Positions 1-10,069 of a stretch of 64,000 nucleotides of DNA are shown piece by piece; position 1 is the first letter of the stretch; each line of letters starts with the position of its first letter. Location: contig JACPLR010000007.1 of NCBI GenBank assembly GCA_016186425.1, forward strand, positions 2,838 through 66,837, in the 5' to 3' direction. Both the position numbers and the translations under genes were made by a program. This stretch comes from Candidatus Pacearchaeota archaeon. GTDB taxonomy: Archaea; Nanobdellota; Nanobdellia; Pacearchaeales; GW2011-AR1. A model generated the notes under the pieces. The model did no database searches. It had not been told where the DNA came from and worked only from the letters and a program-made list of their open reading frames with translations.

Positions 1-432
1 ATAAGTGTTGCCATAACTGCTTTTATAGGAAGTTTATTTACATCTACTGAAGTTAATAGTGTATGGTACAATTCAATCAAGCCATCTATAACTCCTCCAA
101 GTTGGGTTTTCCCAATTGCCTGGACAATACTCTATATTTTAGTAGCTTTTTCAATATACTATGCATGGACCTCTTCAAAAAACATCAAGCAGAAAAAAGT
201 TATAGGAATTTTATTCGCGGTTAATTTATATTTTAATATTTTATGGTCAATAATATACTTCGGTCAGCAAAATATTAAATTAGCCTTAATTGATGCTATA
301 TTTATCTGGATTTCAATAGCTGTTTTAATAGTTAACACATATAAACTAAGCAAGAAATCAGCTTATCTACTAATCCCATATCTTATCTGGGTAAGCTTTG
401 CAATTATCCTTAATTATCTAAGCATTTATTAA
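1..432 (+). CDS. tspO: TspO/MBR tryptophan-rich sensory protein, C-terminal part (5' end lies outside window)
   Basis: Frame 1 is open from base 1 to TAA at 430-432. Translation ...WYNSIKPSITPPSWVFPIAWTILYILVAFSIYYAW...LIPYLIWVSFAIILNY fits the TspO/MBR multi-TM family. Confidence 0.75.
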   Translation: MSVAITAFIGSLFTSTEVNSVWYNSIKPSITPPSWVFPIAWTILYILVAFSIYYAWTSSKNIKQKKVIGILFAVNLYFNILWSIIYFGQQNIKLALIDAIFIWISIAVLIVNTYKLSKKSAYLLIPYLIWVSFAIILNYLSIY

Positions 433-453
433 TCAAGACATTTATTCAGAAAA

Positions 454-939
454 CTAAAAATTAAATGCTTTCATCATTCTCTCTTTTAGTGAGATAAGAT
501 TATATTTTTCACAATAAAGATCAATTATTTCTGGAGTAACATCAACTTCTCTTGGATCCTTTTGATGAAAATATGCCCAAAACCTTCTTAATTCTCCTTC
601 TAACCTAGAAAATTTTTCTTTAGAAACAAATGAAGGAAAAGTATTAGCTAATTTTTCATGCCATGCTTCATCAGACTCGTATACCCTTTGTGCTGTCATA
701 CCTCCCCTAACTTTAACATTAAAAATTAACGGCTCCTCCACATCCTCAAATAAATAAGCTTCAACTACTTCGGATCTAAAATCTTTTAAAGAGCTAAAAA
801 ATTCTTGATATACTGCATAATCCCTATCTCTTGTTAAAATATCATCAAATGCTTCGGGAGTTGTTACATGGCAACTTCTTCCAATACTTAAGAGATATTT
901 ATGTTCCGCCAAAGCTTGATTAACATCATTTGATTGCAT
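454..939 (-). CDS. hypothetical protein (161 aa)
   Basis: Uninterrupted ORF filling the gap between tspO and valS. No family recognised. Confidence 0.5.
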   Translation of the reverse strand: MQSNDVNQALAEHKYLLSIGRSCHVTTPEAFDDILTRDRDYAVYQEFFSSLKDFRSEVVEAYLFEDVEEPLIFNVKVRGGMTAQRVYESDEAWHEKLANTFPSFVSKEKFSRLEGELRRFWAYFHQKDPREVDVTPEIIDLYCEKYNLISLKERMMKAFNF

Positions 940-1035
940 AAAAAATTAACTTTATTCGGATATATAAATTTGTATATAATCCACTTTAAAACTTCTCCTA
1001 GTAAGTTTTTTAACCTGTCTTTTATTCATTAAAGC

Positions 1036-3396
1036 ATGCCAGAGATAAATATAAAAGAAATAGAAGAAAAGTGGAGAAAATACTGGGAAAAAGAAAAAAT
1101 TTATGCTTTTGACAAAACAAAAATTAAAGGCAAAAATAAAATTTACTCAATAGACACGCCACCGCCAACTGTTTCAGGAGAAATGCACATAGGCCATGCT
1201 TTTTCATATTCTCAACAGGATTTTATAGTTCGTTACAAAAGAATGAATGGCTCTGTATTCTACCCATTTGGAACAGATGATAATGGCCTGCCTACTGAAC
1301 GGCTTGTTGAAAAAATAAATAATGTAAAAAGTAAAAACATGTCAAGAAAAGAATTTATAGAATTATGCTTAAAAACTCTTAAAAAAATAACCCCAGAATT
1401 TATTGAAGACTGGAAAATTCTCGGAATTTCAGCAGATTACAATACCTATTATTCAACAATTGACAAAAACTCCCAAAAAATCTCTCAAGAATCTTTTGTA
1501 GAATTATTTAACAAAAAACAAATTTACAAGCAAGAATTTCCCTCAATCTGGTGTGTTGAATGCCAAACCTCAATTGCACAGGCAGAACTGGAAGATAAAG
1601 AGCAAAATACTTTATTTTCAACAATTAAATTCAAAGCAGATGGAAAGGATTTATTAATAGCTACAACCCGTCCAGAATTGCTTCCTGCCTGCATAGCTGT
1701 TTTTGTAAATCCAAAAGACAAGCGTTATAAAAATTTAGTAGGAAAAAAAGCTAAAGTTCCAGTTTTTAATCATGAAGTCCCAATTTTGGAAGATTCTTCA
1801 GCAGATATTGAAAAAGGAACAGGAGTTTTAATGATTTGTTCTTATGGAGATAAATTTGATGTAGATGCAATTAATCGTCACAAACTAAATGTAAAGATAA
1901 TTTTAAATCAAGATGGAACACTAAATGAAAAAGCTGGAATCTTAAAAGGATTAAGAATAAAAGAAGCAAGAAAAAAAATTCTTGAAGAATTAGAAAAACA
2001 TAATTTAATTACAGAAAAAAAGCACATTTCCAATAATGTTAATATTCATGATAAATGCGGAACAGAAATAGAATTTATACCAACAGCACAATGGTTCATA
2101 AAAATCCTCGATAAAAAAGAACAGCTAATTAAACAAGGTAAAAAAATAAAATGGTATCCCGAATATATGTTTAAGCGCTACGAAAACTGGGTTAAAGGTT
2201 TGGAATGGGACTGGAATATATCAAGAGACAGGCATTTTGGAATACCAATTCCTGCATGGCAATGTGAAAAATGCAAGAATATAATTGTTGCAGATAAAGA
2301 AGAACTGCCAATAGACCCTCTTCAAGTAAAAAAGAAATGTCCTAAATGTAAATCTGAGGTTAATGCAACACCAGAAACAAAGGTATTAGACACATGGGCA
2401 ACTTCATCATTAACACCCCAACTAGCCTCTTCATTAATTGACAATAAAATTATAATACCTTATTCTTTAAGGCCGCAGGCACATGACATAATTCGTACAT
2501 GGGCATTTTATACAATAACAAAATCATACCTCCATGAAAATAAAATACCTTGGGAAGATATTGTAATTTCTGGTTTTGTAACCCTTCAAGGTGAGAAAAT
2601 GTCAAAATCAAAAGGCAATGCAATAAAACCTCAGGAGATTATTGATAAATACGGAGCAGATGCTATAAGATACTGGGCAGCTTCTTCAAAACTCGGAGAA
2701 GATTTAGAGTATCAAGAAAAAGATGTTATAACAGGCAGGAAGTTTGTCACAAAAATTCTTAATGCAACAAATTTTGTATTCATGAATCTAAATTATCAGG
2801 AAAAAATGCCAAAGCTTCATGAAACAGATAGATTATTCCTAATTCAGCTAAATAAAGCAATATCTCAAGCAACCCAAGCTTTTGATAATTACAATTATTC
2901 ACAAGCTAAACAAATAGTGGATTCATTTTTCTGGCAGATATTTTCGGATAATTACCTTGAAATTGTTAAAAACCGAGTTTACAACGGAACTAAAGAAGAA
3001 AAAGCTTCTGCATTCTATGCTCTTTATAATTCTTTATTAGCCATAGTAAAAATGATGGCCCCAATAACTCCTTACATAACAGAAGAAATATATCAAAATC
3101 ATTTTAAAAAACACGAAAAAATCAACTCGATACATTTAACAAAATGGCCTGATGAATTAAAATTACCTGGAATAAAAGAAAGAAAAGAAGATGACAAACA
3201 ATGGAATAAATTGCTAGAAATAATAACTAAAGTTCGCCAGGAAAAATCACTTGCAAAAAAATCAGTTAAAGCAGATATAATCTTGCACATTAGCGGTGAA
3301 GATAATAAACTTCTAAAAAATCTTATCCAAGATTTAAAAACAGTTACAGCATCTAAAGATATAAAAGAAGGTAGTTTTAGAGTTGAGTTTCTATAA
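1036..3396 (+). CDS. valS: valyl-tRNA synthetase
   Basis: 786 aa. Class I HIGH-type motif (TVSGEMHIGHAF) and KMSKS (GEKMSKSKGN). The PPPTVSG...RYKRMNG...FGTDDNGLP pattern and the size are typical of archaeal ValRS. Confidence 0.85.
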   Translation: MPEINIKEIEEKWRKYWEKEKIYAFDKTKIKGKNKIYSIDTPPPTVSGEMHIGHAFSYSQQDFIVRYKRMNGSVFYPFGTDDNGLPTERLVEKINNVKSKNMSRKEFIELCLKTLKKITPEFIEDWKILGISADYNTYYSTIDKNSQKISQESFVELFNKKQIYKQEFPSIWCVECQTSIAQAELEDKEQNTLFSTIKFKADGKDLLIATTRPELLPACIAVFVNPKDKRYKNLVGKKAKVPVFNHEVPILEDSSADIEKGTGVLMICSYGDKFDVDAINRHKLNVKIILNQDGTLNEKAGILKGLRIKEARKKILEELEKHNLITEKKHISNNVNIHDKCGTEIEFIPTAQWFIKILDKKEQLIKQGKKIKWYPEYMFKRYENWVKGLEWDWNISRDRHFGIPIPAWQCEKCKNIIVADKEELPIDPLQVKKKCPKCKSEVNATPETKVLDTWATSSLTPQLASSLIDNKIIIPYSLRPQAHDIIRTWAFYTITKSYLHENKIPWEDIVISGFVTLQGEKMSKSKGNAIKPQEIIDKYGADAIRYWAASSKLGEDLEYQEKDVITGRKFVTKILNATNFVFMNLNYQEKMPKLHETDRLFLIQLNKAISQATQAFDNYNYSQAKQIVDSFFWQIFSDNYLEIVKNRVYNGTKEEKASAFYALYNSLLAIVKMMAPITPYITEEIYQNHFKKHEKINSIHLTKWPDELKLPGIKERKEDDKQWNKLLEIITKVRQEKSLAKKSVKADIILHISGEDNKLLKNLIQDLKTVTASKDIKEGSFRVEFL

Positions 3397-3454
3397 TATA
3401 TTCAGCAACATTATTAAACCTAAATCTCTTAAAATTATTAATAATATAAATAAC

Positions 3455-4549
3455 ATGACCGACGCAAAAACACTTGAATTTCAAGAGCTTGTTGAAAAAA
3501 TAACTGCCTTCAGAGGAAGGCATACAGAACTAGTCTCAGTGCTAATTCCGGCAGATTACAATGTTAATATGGTTGTCAAGCAGTTAGAAGCTGAAAAATC
3601 AACTGCAAGCAATATAAAAAGCAGAACAACAAGAAATAATGTTATTGAAGCATTGGAAAAAGTAATTCGTGAGCTGAAACTCGGACCACAAAAATACGAA
3701 AATGGAATAGCTATTTATTGTGGAAACATATCCCAGGTAGAAGGACAGGTAGATATTCAATTTTTTGCAATACATCCTATTCAGCCATTAAAAACAAGAA
3801 TGTATCGCTGTGACCAGACTTTTGTTACAGATCCTTTGAAAGAGATGACAGAAGTACAGGAAGTTTATGGCTTGTTGGTAATTGACAGAAAAGAAGCTGC
3901 AATTGGCTTGCTAGAAGGCACTCAAATAAAACTTCTTCACAAAATGACTTCAGGAGTTCCTGGAAAAATAAAAGCAGGAGGACAAAGTGCTGCTCGTTTT
4001 CATCGTATTACAGAAGGTATGGCAAAAGAATTCTTCAGAAGAGTTGCAGAATCAATGAAATCCTATCTATTCGATCTTCCCAAGCTGAAGGGAATTTTAA
4101 TAGGTGGCCCTATTCCAACAAAAGAAGAATTTATCCAAGAGGGAGAATTAGCAACAGCTTTAAAAAATAAAATTATCGCTGTAAAAGACATTGGCTATGC
4201 AGATGAGCATGGCTTGGAATTGTTAGTTGAGGCAGCTCAAGAAGAACTTTCACAGCAAGAAATAACAAAAGAAAAAAAGCTATTGGAAAGATTTTTTAAT
4301 ACTTTAGGAAAAAACCCGGATAAAGCAGCTTACGGATATTCTAAAGTAAAAAAAGTCTTGGAAATGGGGGCTGTTGATCTATTAATCCTTTCAAAGAAGC
4401 TTCAAAAACCAATTGCAAAAGAACTTTCAGATCTGGCTGGAAGCATGGGCACAGAAATTGAAATAGTTTCTGATGAAACAGATGAAGGATTACAGTTTCT
4501 TAATCTTAGCGGCATTGGTGCTTTATTGAGGTATGCTGCGAATGTTTAA
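3455..4549 (+). CDS. prf1: peptide chain release factor aRF1
   Basis: NIKS motif (TASNIKSRTT) and GGQ motif (KIKAGGQSAARF). Start placed at ATG 3455 (MTDAKTLEF...) because the 24 upstream codons of the tracked ORF overlap the valS 3' end. Confidence 0.9.
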   Translation: MTDAKTLEFQELVEKITAFRGRHTELVSVLIPADYNVNMVVKQLEAEKSTASNIKSRTTRNNVIEALEKVIRELKLGPQKYENGIAIYCGNISQVEGQVDIQFFAIHPIQPLKTRMYRCDQTFVTDPLKEMTEVQEVYGLLVIDRKEAAIGLLEGTQIKLLHKMTSGVPGKIKAGGQSAARFHRITEGMAKEFFRRVAESMKSYLFDLPKLKGILIGGPIPTKEEFIQEGELATALKNKIIAVKDIGYADEHGLELLVEAAQEELSQQEITKEKKLLERFFNTLGKNPDKAAYGYSKVKKVLEMGAVDLLILSKKLQKPIAKELSDLAGSMGTEIEIVSDETDEGLQFLNLSGIGALLRYAANV

Positions 4550-4593
4550 TTAATTAAAGATAAGTTTAAATAAAATAAAGTATTACATCTAAC

Positions 4594-4749
4594 ATGGTAA
4601 AAAAAGATGCAAAAATAGCGGGAGGAATACTATTATTGTTTGCAGGATTTTTTGTCATAGCTCAATCAAACAAGGAAATGTTATCATTATTAATAGGGTT
4701 AGGAATATCTGCTATTGGGGTCTATTTAATTCTTTCAAGTATAAATTAA
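4594..4749 (+). CDS. small membrane protein (51 aa)
   Basis: ORF absent from the supplied track: MVKKDAKIAGGILLLFAGFFVIAQSNKEMLSLLIGLGISAIGVYLILSSIN. It has two hydrophobic segments and ends 1 nt before the next ORF. Confidence 0.4.
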   Translation: MVKKDAKIAGGILLLFAGFFVIAQSNKEMLSLLIGLGISAIGVYLILSSIN

Positions 4750-4750
4750 A

Positions 4751-5005
4751 ATGGTTGATAAAAGTTTTGAAAAGAATAGATTAGATTTAGCTTATCAAAG
4801 ACAACTCCACTATCTAAATGGAATAATAGCATTAACAACAATAGGGATGATTTCATTCTTAGGAACTTTCATATGGAATAAAGATTATCTATTGGTTGGT
4901 TTGATAATTGTAACAATTTTTGTAATCATCGCTTATTACTTACATAGAAAAATAGATAGAAATTTAAAAGAAATTTCAAACAAAATAAAAGAACTTTCTA
5001 AATAA
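4751..5005 (+). CDS. small membrane protein (84 aa)
   Basis: ORF with two long hydrophobic segments (IIALTTIGMISFLGTFIW, LLVGLIIVTIFVIIAYYL). Confidence 0.5.
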   Translation: MVDKSFEKNRLDLAYQRQLHYLNGIIALTTIGMISFLGTFIWNKDYLLVGLIIVTIFVIIAYYLHRKIDRNLKEISNKIKELSK

Positions 5006-5855
5006 GAATTCTCCCAATCAACTCATTAACATAATCAAAACTTCCGTCATTTAAAATTATGACATCAAAAAACTTTTTATAAACCTCTAATTGTTCTTCA
5101 ACATTTTCATTAAGGAAGCCTATTTTAATTATGCCATCATAATTAAATCCCTCAATCATTCCTAAATCTCCTAAACTATCTCCTAACAACAAAACATTCT
5201 TTCTTGTTTTTATTTCTTTAAAAACATTAGGAAATTCTTCTAAAACAGATTCATCTTTATTAAAAACATGAACTATATGTTCAACTTCTTTAAAATTTCC
5301 TTGCTTGTCATAGCTTAGAATATTTGCAATAATATGCATATTCTTATCTAAAATTTTCTCCTGGCTTAAAAACGATTTAATTAAATCTCCAACACTTGAA
5401 GAAATAATAACTAGAGGTATTTTATTATTTTTCAAAATACGAAAAAATTCTCGAGCACCTTTTCTTAAAGCAATCTTTTCTCCATCTATCAAATCTTTAG
5501 CAACCTTTTCAACAATCTTTTTATTTAAGCCGCTTTCTCCAAGAAGTTTAAAATGTTCATACCACCATTCATACATCATCTTTTTCTTTTCACTCATTGA
5601 AATATTAGCATCTATTTCAATTGGATGATACTTATTATAAAGCTCATTTGCTTTCTTAGAATATTCTTTAGATAAATAAGGCCCATTTCTAATCCTGGAA
5701 ATTAAAGAAGGCATTTGTTCGCCATTTGGCAGAATAAATGTTGTGATGGTTTTATCAAAATCACTCAAAACATGCAGCTTTTCAGCTCCGCCTTTTTTAA
5801 ATTCCTTAATCTTTCTTTCCAGCTCTTCAGGATTAACAATAATAATATCTTGCAT
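4998..5855 (-). CDS. HAD-superfamily hydrolase, pyrimidine 5'-nucleotidase (UMPH-1)-like
   Basis: HAD motif I DxDxT (LSDFDKTIT) and late motif LLLGDSLGDLGM. The length and pattern resemble cytosolic 5'-nucleotidase III. Confidence 0.55.
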   Translation of the reverse strand: MQDIIIVNPEELERKIKEFKKGGAEKLHVLSDFDKTITTFILPNGEQMPSLISRIRNGPYLSKEYSKKANELYNKYHPIEIDANISMSEKKKMMYEWWYEHFKLLGESGLNKKIVEKVAKDLIDGEKIALRKGAREFFRILKNNKIPLVIISSSVGDLIKSFLSQEKILDKNMHIIANILSYDKQGNFKEVEHIVHVFNKDESVLEEFPNVFKEIKTRKNVLLLGDSLGDLGMIEGFNYDGIIKIGFLNENVEEQLEVYKKFFDVIILNDGSFDYVNELIGRILI

Positions 5856-5895
5856 TAAAAAGATATAAATAATAAAGATATAAATTTATCTATTT

Positions 5896-6687
5896 TTATC
5901 TGCTCTTTTTCATAAGCTTCTTCACTTCCGCCAATTGTTTCTCTAAATATTCATATAATCTTTCAGCTTCTTCAATACTTATCCCTTTCTTTTCTTCAAG
6001 ATTATTTTTTACAGCCAGATACCTCTCATAAGCATTCACACCTTTAGAAATATAATTTATTAATTTTATAAATTCTTTCTTTGAATAGTCTTGATTTTTT
6101 AGCAATTTTTTTATTATATGCAATGTCCGTATTCTCAAAATAAGAGTATAGGCAACTTTATCATTAATATATTTATTTTTATTTCTCTTAGTATTATCAA
6201 TTACTTTTTTTATTATATTTAATTTATCTTCTGTAGTGTCAAGATACCATTTTATATTTCTATCAGTTACATTTACTTCTAATTGGCTAAGATAATTAGA
6301 ATTTAAAAGAGGCTTAGCTTCTTTTATCATTTGACCAATAGGAAACAAATCATGATTTAATTTCTGTTCCAATAATTTTGAAGAAACTATTAATATATTA
6401 TAAATGCCTTCTTTAATTATCTCTTTATCAATATCATGAGTTATAACTAGAATATCTATATCGCTATTTCCGTCTTCTTCCCCCCTTGCATAGCTTCCAA
6501 CAAGATAAATGCCTATTACTTCATTTAAGATTATATATTTATTAAGAATGCCAATTACATCAGAGAGTATAATTTCAGGTGTTTTCCTCATAAGCTCAAC
6601 CCTAACTTCTCTATTAAGCCAAGCTCTTGGAAGTATCACTGCCGAAGAATTTCCTGCTTTAACCGTTTTTTTAATCTGAATTTCCAT
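5896..6687 (-). CDS. AbrB/SpoVT-like DNA-binding domain fused to a minimal nucleotidyltransferase domain
   Basis: The N-terminus KKTVKAGNSSAVILPRAWLNREVRVEL is AbrB-like. NTase motif LVGSYARGEEDGNSDIDILVIT. The C-terminal helical region contains RIRTLH (Rx4H, HEPN-like; weak). Confidence 0.6.
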   Translation of the reverse strand: MEIQIKKTVKAGNSSAVILPRAWLNREVRVELMRKTPEIILSDVIGILNKYIILNEVIGIYLVGSYARGEEDGNSDIDILVITHDIDKEIIKEGIYNILIVSSKLLEQKLNHDLFPIGQMIKEAKPLLNSNYLSQLEVNVTDRNIKWYLDTTEDKLNIIKKVIDNTKRNKNKYINDKVAYTLILRIRTLHIIKKLLKNQDYSKKEFIKLINYISKGVNAYERYLAVKNNLEEKKGISIEEAERLYEYLEKQLAEVKKLMKKSR

Positions 6688-6887
6688 TACTCATCCTCCA
6701 AAAAATCTTCATCTTCTTCAATTTGTTTTAAAAATTTATCATCAATTTCCTTTCTCCAATAATCTTTAGTAGTGTCAAGCCTGCCCTTCTCATTCAGAAT
6801 ATTCTCTTCATGCTTGTCAATTTGTTTCTTAATCGCTTTTATTCTTTTCTTTCTTAGCTTCTTCATATGTTTTCTGTCTTTTCCCAT
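6687..6887 (-). CDS. small charged protein (66 aa), translationally coupled to the AbrB-NTase gene
   Basis: Its stop TAA overlaps the downstream ATG by 1 nt (TAATG at 6685-6689). Lys-rich N-terminus and acidic C-terminus. Confidence 0.45.
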   Translation of the reverse strand: MGKDRKHMKKLRKKRIKAIKKQIDKHEENILNEKGRLDTTKDYWRKEIDDKFLKQIEEDEDFLEDE

Positions 6888-6930
6888 GTTCTAACATGTA
6901 CTTACATATTTATAAAGGTTTCTGTAGATA

Positions 6931-6994
6931 AATTTCAAAAATGCTCTGAAAACATGCAATATCTTTACCTGATTTTAATGAGTAAGCTACTGAG
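6931..6994 (+). repeat. IGR-A element, 3' half
   Basis: AATTTCAAAAATGCTCTGAAAACATGCAATATCTTTACCTGATTTTAATGAGTAAGCTACTGAG. Confidence 0.8.
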
Positions 6995-7020
6995 AATAGA
7001 TTTAATTTAATCCAACTTAA

Positions 7021-7127
7021 ATCATGCTAAATTTTTCTTAAATGAAAAATTTTATATTACATATTTTAAAAAATGTTCTGAAATCATGCCATATTCTTCC
7101 CTAATTTTAATGTGAAAGTTAGTGATT
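7021..7127 (+). repeat. IGR-A element, full length
   Basis: Hairpin 1 AAATTTTTC-ttaaat-GAAAAATTT (7029-7052). Core CTGAAATCATGCCATATTCTTCCCTAATTTTAATGTGAAAGTTAGTG. Confidence 0.9.
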
Positions 7128-7213
7128 TCTTGCCAGTTTTAATTGCTCAATATAATATTAATTCAATAGTTATTTTTTTACATTTCAAGATAATTTTATA
7201 ATAAAAATAAAAA

Positions 7214-7774
7214 TCACAGCGCCTCAACTTCTTTTCTTGGCTTCATGAATCTCATCTTGTATTTATTGAAATAAATGCTTCTGTCCAAAGAAGGGTGTTT
7301 TTTTCTTGGGCTTTTGTCTATTGAATAACCCACAGGAATAATTGCTTCAATGTAAATGTTATCTGGAATCTTTAAAGCGCTTCTAACTTGTTCTTCATCA
7401 AAAGCTCCAACCCAACAACCTGCAAGTCCCAAGTCAACTAACTTCAACAAAAAATTCTCAATTGCAGCTCCTGCCTGTTGTCTTACATACATTTCTCCTA
7501 ATTCTTTGCCGTAACTCCTTATAGTATCAATAGGATCACTGCAGACAACAGCAACATAACTTGCCTCAGCAACAAAATCTTGCTGGCTTGCCTCTGTTAA
7601 TTTGGCAATAATAACCGGATCATCAACAAGAATAAATCTAACGCTTGAAATATTGCCCGCAATTGGTCCTTGCAACCCAGTTTCAAACGCCTCAATAATA
7701 TGCCTCCAGTTTGGCTTCTTAGAATGAAACTTTCTGACACTTCTCCTTTCTTTTATTACCTTGTCAAAATCCAT
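7214..7774 (-). CDS. nitroreductase family protein
   Basis: N-terminal RRSVRKF motif. Size (186 aa) and overall pattern fit the FMN-dependent nitroreductase fold. Confidence 0.8.
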   Translation of the reverse strand: MDFDKVIKERRSVRKFHSKKPNWRHIIEAFETGLQGPIAGNISSVRFILVDDPVIIAKLTEASQQDFVAEASYVAVVCSDPIDTIRSYGKELGEMYVRQQAGAAIENFLLKLVDLGLAGCWVGAFDEEQVRSALKIPDNIYIEAIIPVGYSIDKSPRKKHPSLDRSIYFNKYKMRFMKPRKEVEAL

Positions 7775-7870
7775 AATTAAACAAGGAAAAAGCTATATTT
7801 AAAGTTTTATCTAAAACTTTAGAATCAAAAAAGATAACACTGATTAATCTATAAAGGTTAACACATCAAG

Positions 7871-7947
7871 CTAATAAATCATTTAAAGGTATCGTAGTAT
7901 TTTCAAAAAATTTAGTTAAACACACAATACTTCTAAGTTAGATCTGC
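7871..7947 (+). repeat. IGR-A element, degenerate
   Basis: CTAATAAATCATTTAAAGG...GTATTTTCAAAAAATTT...CTTCTAAGTTAGATCTGC is collinear with the consensus but diverged. Confidence 0.45.
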
Positions 7948-8037
7948 TATTTTCTTAATCTAATTATAAAATCTATAATTTTTTACATTTACATATTAAA
8001 CAATAGAATATTTAAACTTCATATTATTAAACAAATA

Positions 8038-8322
8038 ATGGCAAATGAAGATAAAAGAAAAAGCAGAATAATATCCCTTGATGATATTGACAGGCAAAAT
8101 AAGATAAGACAAAGAACGCAGTTTAGAGATGATATATCTGAAGATGTAAGTTATGTCATCAATAAAGTAACTGGAGGAGATAAGGAAAAACAGAAAAAAT
8201 CCCTTTTCAAGCGCTTTCTTATGATCCTTGGAATAATTCTGCTTATTATGATTATAATAAATATCCTCCTCGGAAACATCTGGCTTATTAAATTCTTTAT
8301 CAAAGAGTTTTTTGGATTTTAA
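8038..8322 (+). CDS. hypothetical C-terminally anchored membrane protein (94 aa)
   Basis: Charged N-terminal half followed by one long hydrophobic segment (FLMILGIILLIMIIINILLGNIWLI). Confidence 0.45.
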   Translation: MANEDKRKSRIISLDDIDRQNKIRQRTQFRDDISEDVSYVINKVTGGDKEKQKKSLFKRFLMILGIILLIMIIINILLGNIWLIKFFIKEFFGF

Positions 8323-8372
8323 AATAATAAAACTGATAATACCAAATCTATTAATTAATGCTTAACCTATTT

Positions 8373-8516
8373 AAATCATGCAAAATTTCTCCTATTAAAA
8401 GGAAAGTTTGATAAAGAAAACCATTGGTTGTCTTTATTATTTTCTATTGTATGAATTCAAAAATTTCTTGAATCAATGCCACATCTTTCCCTAATTTTTA
8501 CATCTTAAGTTACTGG
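8373..8516 (+). repeat. IGR-A element, full length with one nested B module
   Basis: AAATTTCTCCTATTAAAAGGAAAGTTT, then the B hairpin ATAAAGAAAACC-att-GGTTGTCTTTAT, then GAATTCAAAAATTTCTTGAATCAATGCCACATCTTTCCCTAATTTTTACATCTTAAGTTACTGG. Confidence 0.9.
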
Positions 8517-8541
8517 TTTTAATATTTTTAAATTGATTGTT

Positions 8542-9273
8542 CTATTTTCCCTCTTCCATCATAATATACTTCTCAACTTCAAGAATCTCGGCAAGTTCCT
8601 TAGCGAGTATTGCATAGTATTTACTGGGTTTCTCAATAACTCCCCATTCCTTCTTATAAGGCTGGTCTCCAACTTCTAAGTCATAATATTGCATTCCATC
8701 CTCAATTGCTTTTTCTATATCTTTCTTAAGTAGAAAAGTTGGTGTCGAAAGTGATTTATATTTTCTATTCCACCAGCAACCCATATAAAAAATAGTCTCT
8801 TTTTTTTCATTCTTCATTGCTATATGGACTGCAATTAACTCTCCATTAAGATACGCGCTTATTGTATAACACCTCTCCTTCCACAATTTAATTCTTCTTT
8901 GCAGGTCTTTCTTATCTTCTTTCCAAAGCTCTAAAAACCATTTCTTGCTTTTATCAAGAGCATCTTTTTCATTATATACTAATTTTATTTCAGCATTCTT
9001 TTTTTCAACCCTTCTCAAATCTTTTCTTAAATCATTGTCTAAATGCAATTTATCAAAGCTATCTGGGAGCTTTATTATATTTGTAAGCTGGTCTTCTTCT
9101 TTTGATTCAAAACCAATTTTACAATCTGGATGAATTTCCCATAAGAAAAATGGTTTAGGTAAATTCTTAATATCTTTCTCATCAAGCCAAGCATAAGGAA
9201 AATATGCAATATCTTTCCAAGTCCAATAAAAAAGTTTTTTATTTTTATCAATTATGATTTTTTCAAATTCCAT
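8542..9273 (-). CDS. putative GNAT/FemAB-like acetyltransferase
   Basis: 243 aa. The C-terminal part (FYMGCWWNRKYKSLSTPTFLL...YYDLEVGDQPYKKEWG) resembles the BioF2/CelD-like acetyltransferase family. Weak call. Confidence 0.35.
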   Translation of the reverse strand: MEFEKIIIDKNKKLFYWTWKDIAYFPYAWLDEKDIKNLPKPFFLWEIHPDCKIGFESKEEDQLTNIIKLPDSFDKLHLDNDLRKDLRRVEKKNAEIKLVYNEKDALDKSKKWFLELWKEDKKDLQRRIKLWKERCYTISAYLNGELIAVHIAMKNEKKETIFYMGCWWNRKYKSLSTPTFLLKKDIEKAIEDGMQYYDLEVGDQPYKKEWGVIEKPSKYYAILAKELAEILEVEKYIMMEEGK

Positions 9274-9274
9274 G

Positions 9275-9685
9275 CTAATGCTCTCCCATTTTATGCCAGT
9301 CCCAGAATACTTTTAATTCATGGCTTTTCCAGTTTCCTTTTGCACTTTCTAAATACTCTTTTTCTTTTTGCGTTGCAACAACATGTGCTTCTTCATCAAG
9401 CCTAAGCTTAAACTCTTTAACTAAAAAACTTTCAATTACTTCATGAATACATAATGCCCTGAATGATTTTTCCTTTTCTCTCTCGCCAAAATTTCTGTCT
9501 ATAAAAATTTCTTTCCTCTTCCTGCTCCATTCTGCCACATGATCTTCTCTTTTAATAGTAATCTTATCTGAAATTTTATGATTAAAAAAACTAAGTGAAA
9601 TTCTGTTTCCAGAAAACCTAATATTCTTTACAGGCATTTTTAAAAGAATTTTAACAAAATCTCTATTGCTACTCTTTTTTACCAT
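9275..9685 (-). CDS. hypothetical protein (136 aa)
   Basis: ORF separated by 1 nt from the downstream gene. Contains HEVIE, a possible degenerate metal-binding motif. No confident family. Confidence 0.4.
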   Translation of the reverse strand: MVKKSSNRDFVKILLKMPVKNIRFSGNRISLSFFNHKISDKITIKREDHVAEWSRKRKEIFIDRNFGEREKEKSFRALCIHEVIESFLVKEFKLRLDEEAHVVATQKEKEYLESAKGNWKSHELKVFWDWHKMGEH

Positions 9686-9771
9686 ATTATCATTAATAAA
9701 ATTAATTATTTAAATTAAACGCTTTAAAAAACAGTCCAAAAGGTAGAAAGGGAGAGACTGAAATTCTATTA

Positions 9772-10014
9772 TTATGGTTCTATTAATAATTCTCTTAAAT
9801 TACAGTAACTTAAATCAGTTCTATGTTTACCATCAACTACATAATAAGCTTGATTAGAATGAGACTCACGTTCAGTAAGAACACCTACAAAAATACCCAT
9901 ACCAGCACTTGTCACAATTGCCATTTTTCCGTAATTTCTATTTATACTCCCCTGTTTTTCTTCTGCAGTTGTCCCTATACCTACTTTAATATATTCACTT
10001 GCTAATCGTTCCAT
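9772..10014 (-). CDS. hypothetical protein (80 aa)
   Basis: ORF immediately downstream of tRNA-Asn on the same strand. No family recognised. Confidence 0.35.
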   Translation of the reverse strand: MERLASEYIKVGIGTTAEEKQGSINRNYGKMAIVTSAGMGIFVGVLTERESHSNQAYYVVDGKHRTDLSYCNLRELLIEP

Positions 10015-10069
10015 ATTATATTGTATAAATATTCTATTTTTAAATTTAATGATAGTCTAAAATATAAAA

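Noticed and set aside
3383-3454. 24-codon upstream extension of aRF1
   Set aside because: It overlaps the valS 3' end and is Asn/Ile-rich low complexity. ATG 3455 gives a normal aRF1 N-terminus.
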